DNA from: Dipteris shenzhenensis | Taxonomy: Eukaryota | Direction: 5' to 3' (one strand) | Assembly (NCBI GenBank): GCA_047967505.1 | Contig: CM106538.1 | DNA: 64,000 nucleotides | Shown here: positions 38,401-50,356 of the stretch, piece by piece | Layout of the letters: each line of letters starts with the position of its first letter | How positions within the stretch are numbered: position 1 is the stretch's first letter | Made by a program: the position numbers and the translations under genes | The notes under the pieces: model-generated | What the model saw: only the letters and a program-made list of their open reading frames with translations | Databases searched by the model: none | What the model was told of the DNA's origin: nothing

Positions 38401-40127
38401 TCAGTGGAACACCCAAAATGTGAGAATGCAAATGAGAGAAGCTCACAGGGGGCTAAGAGGCACCACAACCTAGGACCAAGTTTCTTAGATCTAGTTGACA
38501 AGCTGAAGAAATGTATGCTTATTTATTTTGTTGCATTTGAGCTGACATGGCATGCTTATCTGGTACTGTAGCTAGCATCATGTATAAGCGTCCTTCCTTG
38601 ACACCTTTTGCTACTAGCTGACCTCTTTTGGATTTGTCTCTGATAGTGCATTCATCACCATCAAAGATGACTTTGTAGTTGTGTTCAGTCATTTGACCTA
38701 CTGACAAAAGGTTCTTGCTGAGCTTCGGAACATAGAGCACATCTTTGACTAATCCTTTTGTACCAGTGAAATTGTTCATAGGGATAACACCTGTCCCTTG
38801 AACCGGATTCGGTGTATTGTCTGCTGTGTAGATGACATTCTTTTGACCTTCTAATGGCTTCATTTCTGTGAACCATTCCTGATGATTTGTCATATGAGAT
38901 GATGCACCGTTGTCGATGTACCAAGGATCCTGTTCCACTTGGTCGACTTGATAACTGAAATCCTCTGGGATTGAAATTAGTGTCTAGGTGCATTGTATCA
39001 GTCTGATGCAATTCCTCACTTGCAAGAAACATATTTCCATGTTCATTTGCAAAATGACTGTGACTAGAATGTCCACCACGATGATTTCCTCTTCCTCGGG
39101 AATTCCCTCGATTACTGCTGGATTGACCGCCTTGGTCATACTGTTTCTTGCGGAAATCTCTTTCATAGTGTCCAAACTTGTGACAATAGTTGCATTGAAT
39201 GTTTGACACATTGGTGGATGCATTCCCTCTTCCTTGAAATCTTCCTCGATTGGAATGATTTCCTCTTTGTTGATTCTGATGTTGCTGAGGATGATGCTGA
39301 TGTTGATGCTGATTCTGACTTTGATTTTGTTGATGATGACCACTTTTCTGATATGATCTACCTCTGTTTCTGCCTTTGCCTCTGCTTCTGTCTGAAGCTG
39401 TGAATGCCTGATCATTAGAATGACCTTTACGTGCTTGAATGGCCTGAGTCCTGAGTTCTTCACCAAGTAGAACTGACTGAAGTTCTTCCAGTGTTGGAAT
39501 TTGCCGTTGGATGGCAATACTCTGGACTAGATTCTCATATCCTTCTCCTAGTCCATTCAGGATTACTTGAACCATTTCTGCAGGATTCATAGTCTCTCCT
39601 GCTGCTGCAAGTTGATTGTTGTAGTCTTTGATGCGGAGTACATAAGCATGACTGGTTTCACTGCTATTGCAGAAACTCTGGTTGATCTGGTTTCTCAGGG
39701 TGAGAATCCTGGATGTGTTCTTGGACTCGTAGAGAGCTGCGAACATATCCCATGCTTCTTTTGATGTCTTGACTGTGTTGAGCTGTCCTAGCATGACATC
39801 TTGCACATTCTACTTGATCAGGTGATAGGCATACTTGTCTTTCTTATCCCATTCTGCTTGAGCTCGGGCAATGGCAGGATCTGCTACTGGTGTGGAAACT
39901 GTTTGTGTAGATGTAGATCCCGATGTAGATCCCGTTGCTGGTGCTGTGACAACAGATGGAGTAGAGCTACTGGTGGTTGGATCGGCCAATGGTCTAGGTA
40001 TAGATCCGTCGACATACTCCCATTTGTCCTGAAGCACAAGAATGGTCTCCATTCGGTATTTCCATGTACCGTAATTGGAGTTGTCTAACTTAGCAGATGC
40101 CTCCAGATTGAGGTTGCTAGTCGACAT
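35457..40127 (-). pseudogene. Copia gag-pol (integrase-RT-RNase H open over 821 aa; gag/PR disrupted)
   Basis: ATG at 40127 (MSTSNLNL). Stops at 39810 and 38016, frameshift at ~38940, ~400-bp insert at 38135-38535. Motifs WYIDNGASSHM, WHKRYGH, HTDVWG, RSDRGGEY, YVDD, ADIFTK. Confidence 0.93.
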
Positions 40128-40899
40128 GGTGCAAACAATGTACTCAAAAGTGTCCTGAAAAAACTCTATATGAATCAACTGCAAATACACTGAAGATGCC
40201 AAGTGAAATCTCTGTACCATCGGTGAAGATAGAACTGTAGTATATAAGATCTGATCTGTATTACAAGGCTTGTGGCAATGATGCCGGGAATAGCCAAGAG
40301 GCTTTACAAGGCTGAAAATGATGTGCACGATGCCGTGAGATAGCCGAATAGGCTTTACAATGGTGGCATGTGTGTGTGAAATCAAGTGCTATCTGCCCAC
40401 TGAATCAATCTGCAATGCCTCTGAACTCTGAAGTCTGCTCACTGAACTGATGAACGTAAGGTTTCAAGTAATGTAATGATGTGAAATCGGATGTGTGGTA
40501 TGGACTGACTCCGAGTAGGTACTAGTCGGGAATTTCGGGCATGGCTTAGATTGGCAACTTGGGGAATTCAAAGCGTCCCCTCTATGGCGATCTAGTCTAC
40601 TCTGATCTAGATCTAAACCAACCGTCGATCGATGAAAGAGCAGCAAATAATTCCTTTTCTTTTGTTCTTTTTAAGTGCTGGGTCAGATGTGTCGATGTAG
40701 AGGCAAATGTGCGTGAAGGAAGTGGTTTTGACGGCGAGGCTCAAATGTGAGTGTAACTTGTGCCAAAATGTGCATGTGATGTAACGAGCGCATAGAGCAC
40801 AAAAAATCGAGCGACTTTCCTTTTTGGAGCACCCTCAAATTCTTCCTGGATCAAGAGATACGACTTGATCTAGGTGGAGGAGCAAAAGGAGTGCAAATG

Positions 40900-41345
40900 G
40901 TGCTCAATGATGATGTGTCACTGTGAGTCACATGTTGGGATGATGTGGCACTGTGCTTAACAAGAGGTGTGCCAGTGAAGCTCTGTGCTGAGGTGGCAGG
41001 AGTGTGCACATGCAGTGTGTGCACGGTGTGCCTGGCAAGGGACTGTGCCTGCAGAGGGTCAGTGCTGACTGGACTGCTGAGGTGGCAGTGCTGAGGTGGC
41101 ACTGATGACGTGGCCTGATGATGTGGCCTGGTGACATGGCACTGATGACGTGGTAGGTGATGTGGCCTGGTGGCGTGGCAGTCGATGATGACATGGCAGT
41201 CGATGATGACGTGTCTGCTGACGTGGCAGTCGGTTGCCACGTGTCAGATTTATGAGGCGCTTATCTGCCACGTGGCAGATAAGATGACGTGGCGAACTGA
41301 TGACATGGCAATTGTGGCTAAGGCTATCTGCCACGTGTCGCTAGG
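40900..41345. repeat. Short tandem repeats rich in (T/C)GACGTGGC/CACGTG in the Copia leader
   Basis: Repeated TGATGACGTGGC and GATGACATGGCA. Perfect 24-bp palindrome at 41260-41283. Confidence 0.85.
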
Positions 41346-44300
41346 TTGCTTCACAGAATCTTTTTGAAGATTCTAACGGAATCTAGGGAGATTTCGTCGA
41401 GTCGATCGTGAGAGCCTTAAGCTCTACGTTCGCGTTGGCGTTCTCTGAGAAGTCGTCTGAGAAGTCGATGGAGATGGAAGCTACAGGAGGCGCTGTTCGA
41501 AGTCGGCTGAGGCGATCGCAGACGGCTTCCTCCTCCATAGCCAGCGCTTAGCCATCATCGCACAACGATCCAGAGCTCCTTCGCTCTGTTTCGGGTGGCC
41601 GTCGATGGCTCCTAGGAGGCGTCGTTGGTCAGAGCGCGGGTGTGGAAGCTATAGGTAGAGCGAGGTCGTCGTTGAAACTGAGCCTTTGCTGGTCGTCATG
41701 CGGGTCGCGTAGTTCAAGTGGCGGCGTTGGAGTGCTCGTTTATGGTCGTTAGAGCCTCCTTGACGTTTGGAGTCGTTGAAGGCGAGTCGTTAAAGGCGAG
41801 GAGCTAGGGTGTTGGAGGAGTAGGAGTCGATGCAGAGCGGCTGTCGTTGGAGGCCACCTTGGCCTTGTTGGAGAAGGACGTCGCCATCTCGCTGGCAGCC
41901 AAAGGAAGAGAGTCACTTTGAACTCTAGGCTCATGCGATTCGTTGTTGAAGATGGAGCGTCGCTTCGTTGGCCACACCAAAGATGTCCTCAGCGTTGCTC
42001 GTTGTCTCGCTTTCCTTTTGAACTGGAGTTGGTTGGTAAAGGCAACCTTGAAAGTTGGCTATGCTCAACACAAGGCTTGGCTATGGCGGAAGGTGAGCTC
42101 TGCAACTATAGATCATAGCCTTGTTGATGAAGCTTCTACTCAGGAGTCTTATCAGCAACAACAGAACACCTCGCACACACAACAACAGACTTCGCAAGCT
42201 CCTGGCTGTGAGCTTGGGCATTTCGTGGAAGGTCAAGGGCTAGCCATTGGTATGTCATTTGATATCTCATTGTTGCATACAAGAGCTGAGATCTTTTCTC
42301 TCTCAAAACAAGCTCTGTCTCTCTCAAAGAAGTCTAGGCTCTCAATGAACGGAAGTCTCTCTCTCTCTCTCAACTCAAGAAACACCAAATAAACTCTCTC
42401 AAATGACGAAAATCTCCTTTCGATGGACGGAATTTTCTCTCAACGGAAGAGAATGGAACACTCAATCTCTCTCGATCTCTCAATCTCTCAATCACTCTCA
42501 CAAGAAGGATGGTACCTCAACGGAAGGCAGAATCATGCTCTGATACCATGACAAAATATGAAGAGGGGAGAGGAGAAGAGTGGAGATGAGGAGAGAGGGC
42601 ACAGCTAGAGAGCACACCACAAATGACTAACTGTACACTAGAATTAGTTGAAAAAATAGAATATATACAAACCCTTTTAGGGTTAGGGTTAGGGGATCTA
42701 ACCCTTTCCTTTATAGCACTCTATAAGGTTAGTGCTATGCACATATGATCACGTGATGGTGCTATGCACACATGATCACATGATGTTGAGCGTGAACTCT
42801 CAACAAAAGGCACAAACAAGACAAATGTCCAACATAGCAAAAAGAAAGGAGGACCAACTACCAAAGGGGCAAAGCAAGGACCAAGAACTTTTGAGTACAC
42901 AGAGCCTAATAATGTTTTTTTGGATGTACTTAGGGTCCAAGCTACAATGGTGGAGTTTTACAACATGAAAGCATGGGGTAGGGTAAAATTATATTGTTTA
43001 GAGACCTGGAATTTTTATTGAAATCTTTTCTAATCATGTAAATCTTTTAATCTATCAAATTGTGAAGGAAAGTTAGTATTCATTATCTAATTGGATCAGT
43101 GTGAGGTTGTAAGAGGCCACAAGTTGGAGAGGGTTAGTATTACTTTGATGCAGAAAGTCCTTGGACATGCCAAACATAAGGAAATTAGGGAAGATTTTAG
43201 TGTGCAATCGAAAAAGCACATTTGGTGGCTTGCCACATTTGAACTTCCTAAAGAGAGACACCATTCTTGAAATGGGTATTTGATAGATCTCCAATTCCAA
43301 GTGTCATAGATGTGCAAACGAAAGGAGAGTTGCTTCAAGTTGAAGGGTTTGGATCATTTCAAGTTGAATGGCACGTGGCTGGAGATCTTAAGACATTGAA
43401 ATTATGTTTGGAATAGAATTGAGTGCAAATGCGACATATCCATGTATTTATTGTATGCACTCACACCAACCTCGAGGCAGTAGCATAGGAATACATAGAG
43501 GGAAAGAGCAAATAAAAAGAGGAAAAGACTTTGGGAATGCTAAAGATGTAATGAATGACATCACAGATGATGAGGCTAACAAACGAATGTATTGGAGCAA
43601 TGGAGAAATGAGCTACAGTCAAAATGCTGCACTCAACAGAGATCAGAACGATAAAAATTGGGATCCAATTTTAAACATTCCATTACAAAGAGTGCATTTC
43701 TATGGTTACATGCAGAGATGCAGCTCATTTGATAAATTGCTTTACTTGCACATTGTATATGCATGGAACATGAAACCGGAGGAGAGAGTGGCATCATGTA
43801 TAGCAAGGGTCAAAGCTTTACTCTCAAGCATGGGTCTACATGGGGGGAATGTAAAGCTAATCAAAGACGCACAATTGTCAGGAAAATCAGAAAATCTTCC
43901 AAATAAAGTGTCTGTGGGAGGCTCTAAGGATGAAGGTTTTTGTCCAATCATGGAAAACATCGATTAAATATGCATTAGAATTATTGGAAAAAGTTATGTG
44001 ATTGCACCACTAATTTGGAAGCTGATCCTCATGTCAGAACCTTGAGAATACATGTTTGGAAAGAATTGGATAATTTGGTAAAGATCTTGAGGAAGCCGAT
44101 GATGATGTGCAACTACATAAAGTCATCGTGAAAGAGTTCATTGAAGCCATGGTAGATGGATGGGGTGAATCACACATTACTCACTACATGGTATGTTTGG
44201 TCTTTGCTATTTTCAAAATTATAATTGCAATCAATTTATTCTTGTTTAACTCATGTGTTTTTTCTATGTATGCAACACATTCTTTATGCTCATGGTCCAT

Positions 44301-44429
44301 GGTTTCTTCACCAATATGTTCCTCGAATGCTTGGAGTGCCCAAGGGATGGAAAAGTCTCATTATAGAGCTCGAGGTGCTTATTTCAAGAGTACACGACAT
44401 GGAGGGGGGATTAATGGAAGTAATGCTAA

Positions 44430-46250
44430 AGATGGGGTTAATTTCTCTTGGGATGAGGATTGTGACCATGGGTTTACACAAATCATGAATGCTCTGCTTC
44501 AGAACCCATTCTATGCAACACAGATTGGTCAAAGGCTTTCTATATCAATCATAGGTTTGGTGAGCACACTTTGGTAGGTATTCTTCTCTAGCAAGGGGAG
44601 GATCGATTCATGTATCTAGTTCGACTTGCTTCTTGACAATTGCTCAACATCGAACGATGCTACTCAAAGGCTGACAAGCATGCCTTGTCTTTGGTTTTCT
44701 GCATTGAGAAATTTAAGCATTATGTGCCTAGAAAGTCCTTCATTATAATCTCTAGCAATGGTCTTGCAAAGCAGGTTCTTCAATCACCAAATCCCATGGG
44801 CCGGTTGGCCAAATGGTTGGCAGTTCTACAAGAATATGATTTTTCTTTCAAAATTGTAAAAGGGGGTTGTTCCAACTTGAAGAATGCTTTGATTGATTTA
44901 GAGGAGTGCCTCGATGTAACCCTTGTAGCAGCCATAGAAGTGGGGGATCCATGGTATGGCGGTATCTACAGGTTTCTAATTGCTTTCTCCTTTCCTCTAG
45001 AAAGTACTAGCTCTGAGAGAAAGAAGATCCGCAGAGATAGTAGGCACTACACCCTCTTTGATGGGGTGTTGTACCGTCAAGGCATGGATGGGATACTAAG
45101 ATGGGCCATTGATGCAGATGAAGTACCTAAGGTATTGCAGCATTATCATGATGGATTTTGTGGAGGCCACTATGCCAGTGACTATACAGCTAAGAAGATT
45201 TTACATGCTGGATACTATTGGCCGACCTTGTTCAAGGATGTCACTTTGTATTGCAAAACATGTGAACCATGCCAATTCTTTGGTAGGAAGGATTTGCGTC
45301 CTGGGCAACATCACCCAGTGATGTCCATCCGTTCGTTTCAGAAGTGGGGAATAGATTTTGTCGAGCCCTTGCACATGACTGCCCACAAAAAGAAGTATCT
45401 TTTGGTAGCCACTCAGTATGTCACTAAGTGGGCTGAAGCTATCGTCCTCCCCGCTGCAAATGGTAAGGCAATTTCAAATTTCATATTTGAACGTATCTGC
45501 ACAAGGTTTGGGACACCCATGGAAATAATCTCCGACCATGGGAGTCCATTCTTAAATGAAGCAGTGGAGTTACTCATGGATCGCATGGGTATTTATCATC
45601 ACACTTCTAGCATCTATTATCCAGCATCCTTGGGCCAAACGGAGCAGACCAATGGCCTCCTTTGTAAAACCATGGGAAAAATGGCCACAGGGAACAGGAG
45701 CCAGTAGGATCAGAAGGTCACAGAAGCCGTATGGGCTTACAACATCACTCATAAAACATCTACAGGTCACACTCCTTTTGAGTTGGTATATGATACTGAG
45801 GCTGTTTTACCACTAGAGATAGAGATTCCAGCTTTGAGATTGGCACAAGAACAGAGGATGACAGAAGATGAACATGTAGAGGCTCGGTTGGTGCAACTTG
45901 AGAAGCTAGATGAAACTCGACGCCTTGCCCTACATCAAATAGAGATTCAAAATAATTGACAAAAGGCCTGCTTGGATGCTAAGATTCACAAGGGATGGGA
46001 AAGACACTTTGCTGAGGGGGATGTTGTGCTATTCTTTGATAATAGATTGGACCACCAAATGGATAAGAAGTTTCTGCCACTGTGGACCAGTCCATACAAA
46101 GCCATCAAGGAATGTAGCAATGGGTCTGTACAAGTTCAGGAGCTGCATGAGCCATATGGCAAGAAGGTGATCAACAAGCGTTATCTCAAGCCCTTCTTTG
46201 TGCATGATGGACCCAAGCATGGAAATGATGTGCATTCCCTGCCTGGGGGG
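44430..46250 (+). pseudogene. Gypsy RT-connection/RNase H-like + integrase
   Basis: Reads FSWDEDC, GRLAKWLAVLQEYDF, HDGFCGGH...CKTCEPCQ, KWGIDF, ISDHG, GQTEQTN. Stop at 45707; continues to the PPT. Confidence 0.9.
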
Positions 46251-46255
46251 GGAAC

Positions 46256-47228
46256 TGTTATGGATAAATTTGTCTAAGGAAAAAGGCATTAATATGTGTG
46301 TGTGTTTGTATGTGTGGCAATAGTATAATAAAATATGGTGTGCATGGGGCCCAGGGTTAAGGTGGCAGGGCATGACCATGTGCCACCCTTCCATGTAAGA
46401 GGACCCATAAGGTGTGATCCATGGTATTAATATTATAAAATGTAAGGTGGCATGGCTCCTCCATGTGCCACCCCTCCACCTAAGCTGCATTTAGTGAGAT
46501 ATGGCTCAAAGTCCATGGGAGAAGTAATATAAAATAGGTGGAGAGGGATATTATATTGTGTTATTCCCTCCATATAGGATAGGCCCATGTGGGGGAGGTA
46601 TAGATAGTCCAAGGATGCAAGTTAAATAATGGAAAAAGTAGGATGAGGTGGCAAGATTCCTTGTGCCAACACTTGTCCTCCTAGATGTTTGAATGTATTA
46701 TAAAATTGGGAAGAGACCAAGGGAGTATCATAGACTTGGGATATGGGAGTTGATATATGTGAAAAAATGTGGCCAAGCATTATCGCACACAATTGAGTGC
46801 GTAACTGCCTAGCCCACATGGGAGACTCTTCCACACACACCATGCATGTGGGAGGATGCATTTATTGGGAGAGACCCTCTCTCTTGGTTATAAAAGGAGG
46901 GGGCTATTCCTTGATGGGACACGCTCATTCTTATAAAGCCTCCTAGGTAGTACTTTGATTTCTCCCTTCCCTTCCTTTCAAAATAAAGCATGGTCCTCTT
47001 CCCTTGATGTCTCCATCTTTACATTCCTCCTCCCATCATGTACATGCTTCTCTTCCCCCTCTCCCTTTCCCCTTGTGTCATAGTCTCCCTCTTCATTCCC
47101 TCCCCTTCTAATTCCTTATCCCCTCCCACGATAACGTTTTGCCCTCATGTTCTCCTTTCCTCTGTGGCCCTCGAGCGTCGCCATGCTTAGCCTCTAGCCT
47201 TTGGTCCTGATTTCTTTGCCAGCTAATA
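46256..47228 (+). repeat. Gypsy 3' LTR
   Basis: Preceded by the PPT GGGGGGGGAAC and followed by CCAC. Confidence 0.93.
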
Positions 47229-47232
47229 CCAC

Positions 47233-47995
47233 TAGTGTGCTCCCACAGTGGAGCTTAGATGGTGATCTAGACAGATATTAGATAAAGAGCTACTAGCTGG
47301 AAGATCTAATTTGATCTGAACTGATCTGATACAATGGACTGGGGAGGTCACCTCTTTATAGCTATGAGGGTGGTAGTCAGATCAACATAATGGATGGAAC
47401 TGACCAGTCAACCTAGTCAGTGAAGCCGACCAGTCAACCTAGTCAGTGGAACCGACTAGTCATTTATGGAATATTCAAGGAATATTCCCTATACTATCGC
47501 CTCGAGGGCTCTCACCCCTGAACCCCCACTAGGGGGTCCGTTGGCCCCCCTGGGACCCCCCAGGCCCTAGCAAGAATAAGGGGCTCCCACACAATCACCT
47601 TTCTACCATCAACAGTCTCATTGATGGACCTCATCTGACATGCAAGTCAGGATCCATCTAGTGTCCCGGGCTCACACATGGCTTCTCCTCATATGGGGGC
47701 CTTACAACTTGAGCACCTTGAACCATTGGTGGCTACCAGGAGGGTGGGGCATTGAGCATATCTAACGCCCCCCCTCAATGTCCACCCGTATGTGAACTAC
47801 CTTCTCAGCCCAATGCTGAGTCTCTGAAGATGATCCTTCCCGAGTGCCTTGGTGAAGATATCTGCTCCATTTTGCTCTGTTGGATAGTGGACCAATATCA
47901 CTATCCCGTCCTCGTTCAAATCACACACATAGTGATACTAAATCTCTATATGTTTTGTGCACACATGAAACACTGGATTTTTAGCAATGGCCATG
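47233..47995 (-). mobile_element. Copia 3' remnant (RNase H end, PPT, LTR part)
   Basis: Minus strand NGADIFTKALGK at ~47840-47875. PPT GAGGGGGGG at ~47768-47776, then LTR-like sequence. Confidence 0.65.
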
Positions 47996-48824
47996 CATGT
48001 ATCTTTGAGTTATAGGACATTAAGTTGTAGTCAAAGACTTCAAAATTTTCTTGCGTTTGTTGTCACAAACTAAAGGAGTGAGCCTACCCTCTCTCTTTTT
48101 TTAAAATGTGAGGTTTAACATGAGGAAATAAAAAGAGATTCAAAGCATTGAAAATGATGGACATGCACACTAAATCATAGTCCCAGCCAAGATATTATTC
48201 ATCTACTAATTCAAGTGACAAAGGTGCATTTAATGTATATCATGTGTTTGGGTTTACAAGTTGCCAACATTTGGACTATGGCTCCTTCAAAATATAAAAG
48301 CACACTACATTAGGGGAGTTTTGGACTCAAAAAGGGCCTCTTGGATTAGTCCCTTAAGATTTGTGATTAGCAAACCAGCCAATGGGAAGGCTTGGGCATT
48401 AAAAGAATGGAGGATTCCATATTGGCCTCTCATTCGTGGAGAGTCCTCCTTGGTCCCCACTGGGCTTCCACTTGCCTCTCTCTTTCCCCCACCACCTCTT
48501 GAGGCATTTACTCCCCTTTTTCACTTTTGGATGGTCCTCATACCCTCCAAGGCTCTCTTGGTAGGCCCCCAAATCCGCGACATTTTTTTCCCTCCAAAAA
48601 ATTAAAAATTTCCAATAGTATCCCTAGCACCCCAAACTCCTCCCAGGAGTCTCCCCAAACTATCCCCATTAGCACCCCACCTTTCTTTGAGCCTCTTCCT
48701 CCTCTCTACCTCCTCTTAGCCTCCTCCCAACCTCTTCCTCCTCTCAACCTCCTCTCAGCCTCCTCCTCTCAACCTCTTCCTCCTCCCAACCTCTTTATCT
48801 TTCCTTGCTCCCATTCTTTCTACA

Positions 48825-49268
48825 ATGGTGAAGCACTCCCCTTCCCCGAGGCCAAATCTATCAATTCAATCTTGTGTGGGTTGCATTTTGAAGGACAACA
48901 GTGATATTAGGATCCCTCAAGAGTTTAGGTTAATGTCATGGGTGACAATGCAACCATTTGCAATAGGTCCATTCAAGGTTTCTAGAAAGGATAGAGCAAA
49001 GAAAGAGAAGCATTGGAAGGGTCGCATTGTTGGGTTTTGTGATAGAAAAAAGGGACTTAAGGTGAAGGTTCAGCACGTGTACATGGCTCGAGACATGAAC
49101 TTGGATCTTGCCAGTCAAACTTGCTTTCCTTCAAATTGTATCTTTGTTTTACATTAACTTTTTTTCATTTTCAGCTCAACTATGTATTCTAATGATTGTA
49201 TGTGAGCATGCGTTTTGAGAGAGGGTGTCTTGTGGTAATAGTAGAGGGGGAGGGGGGAGGGAGGGGGG

Positions 49269-49311
<43 letters not shown>

Positions 49312-49375
49312 GGGGGTGGAGGGGTGTTAGGGGGAGATAGTAGAGGGGAGAGATTTGTGAGTGAGTGAGTGAGTG

Positions 49376-49433
<58 letters not shown>

Positions 49434-50356
49434 TAGGTAGAGAGTGAGAGAGGAAAACTAATTGGCCCATTAACATCTTTCTTTGCTTTCTATGTAGATA
49501 TCTTTCCCTCTACCAAAGTTGAAACTCAGCCTCTGGATAGTCTCACGAGAATATTTCAAGCTTTCCTTCAAATATTGGGGAATTAATGTTCTCAGGATGG
49601 AGTGTTGCCTCCTTGACAAAGTCTAGTTTTTTTTTCTATAATTCATGTTACCAAGTTCCTCGAAGAGAAGGTGGATATCGAAGCCTACGTCCTATTCCTT
49701 TCCCTAACTTTGATAGTCCATAATAGCCTCTTCCTGATCCATTCTCTATAGATGCATTTAGAATGAAGATGAGATCAAATATTCAATCATCAATGAAGTT
49801 TACCTTCAATTCAAAATCTGTGGGTGTAAGTTGGTTCATGCCCTTCATTACATTTATTTATTTTTTCAAATCAGTCTTCATTCACAAGACAAAGACCATG
49901 TGGGTCTGCCAAGGCCTAGAAAATGAATTTCTTGATAATCTTCTATACCCAATGTGGGATGTTAGGGAGGGTTTGCAGAAGGGCAACCATTTTCTATGTA
50001 TACTTACTAAAGAAAGTATAGTAATAAGATATCAAGTAGTGCGGAGTATTTTCTACATGAGATACGCTTACAGACGTTGGAAAAACAATCATGGCACATG
50101 GATACCTATGGATTATGATATAGTGGACACCACAGAGGTAGAGATACATATGCCCAATGGGGATATCCAATATCTTGAGGTCACAGGTAGTTGGAGCTTG
50201 AAGCACATTCGAGAATACATCGTTGTCACCTTTGATGATAGTGATTTTTTCCTTACACTAAATGGGAAGATAGTGACAAGTCGACTCAAAGGAACATCAA
50301 TGCTTGAGAAATGGAAGCCTCCTTGTAACTTGTCCATTCATACTAGTATTGAATAA
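48825..50356 (+). pseudogene. Intron-containing cargo gene, BAH-like N-terminus (decayed)
   Basis: HWKGRIVGFCDRKKGLKVKVQHVY, then an intron with GA/GT repeats, then IFPSTKVETQPLDSL and ORF 49763-50356. Confidence 0.45.

Larger units (their letters stand above)
35112..42805 (-). mobile_element. Full-length young Ty1/Copia element
   Basis: 257-bp LTRs at 35112-35368 and 42549-42805 differ at 1 position. TSD GAAGG/AAAGG, PBS TGGTATCAGAGC (iMet) at 42537-42548, PPT at 35369-35377. Domain order gag-PR-INT-RT-RH. Confidence 0.97.
34420..44425 (+). pseudogene. RAG1/Transib/Chapaev-like DDE transposase remnant, split by the Copia at 35112-42805
   Basis: LDQ (43091), VAGDLKTLK (GDLK at 43381), ATYPCIYC (CIYC 43443-43454), LHAEM..FDKLL, and ITHYM|intron|HILYAHGPWFLHQY.SSNAWSAQGME (E at 44350). 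N-terminal part at ~34420-35110. Confidence 0.65.
25557..47228 (+). mobile_element. Ty3/Gypsy LTR retrotransposon (non-chromovirus-like) with ~14 kb of nested inserts
   Basis: LTRs at 25557-26540 and 46256-47228 (TGTTA...TAATA), with CCAC on both flanks. PBS at 26545-26562 and a G-rich PPT before 46256. gag-PR at 28892-30436 and RH-INT at 44430-46250. Confidence 0.92.
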
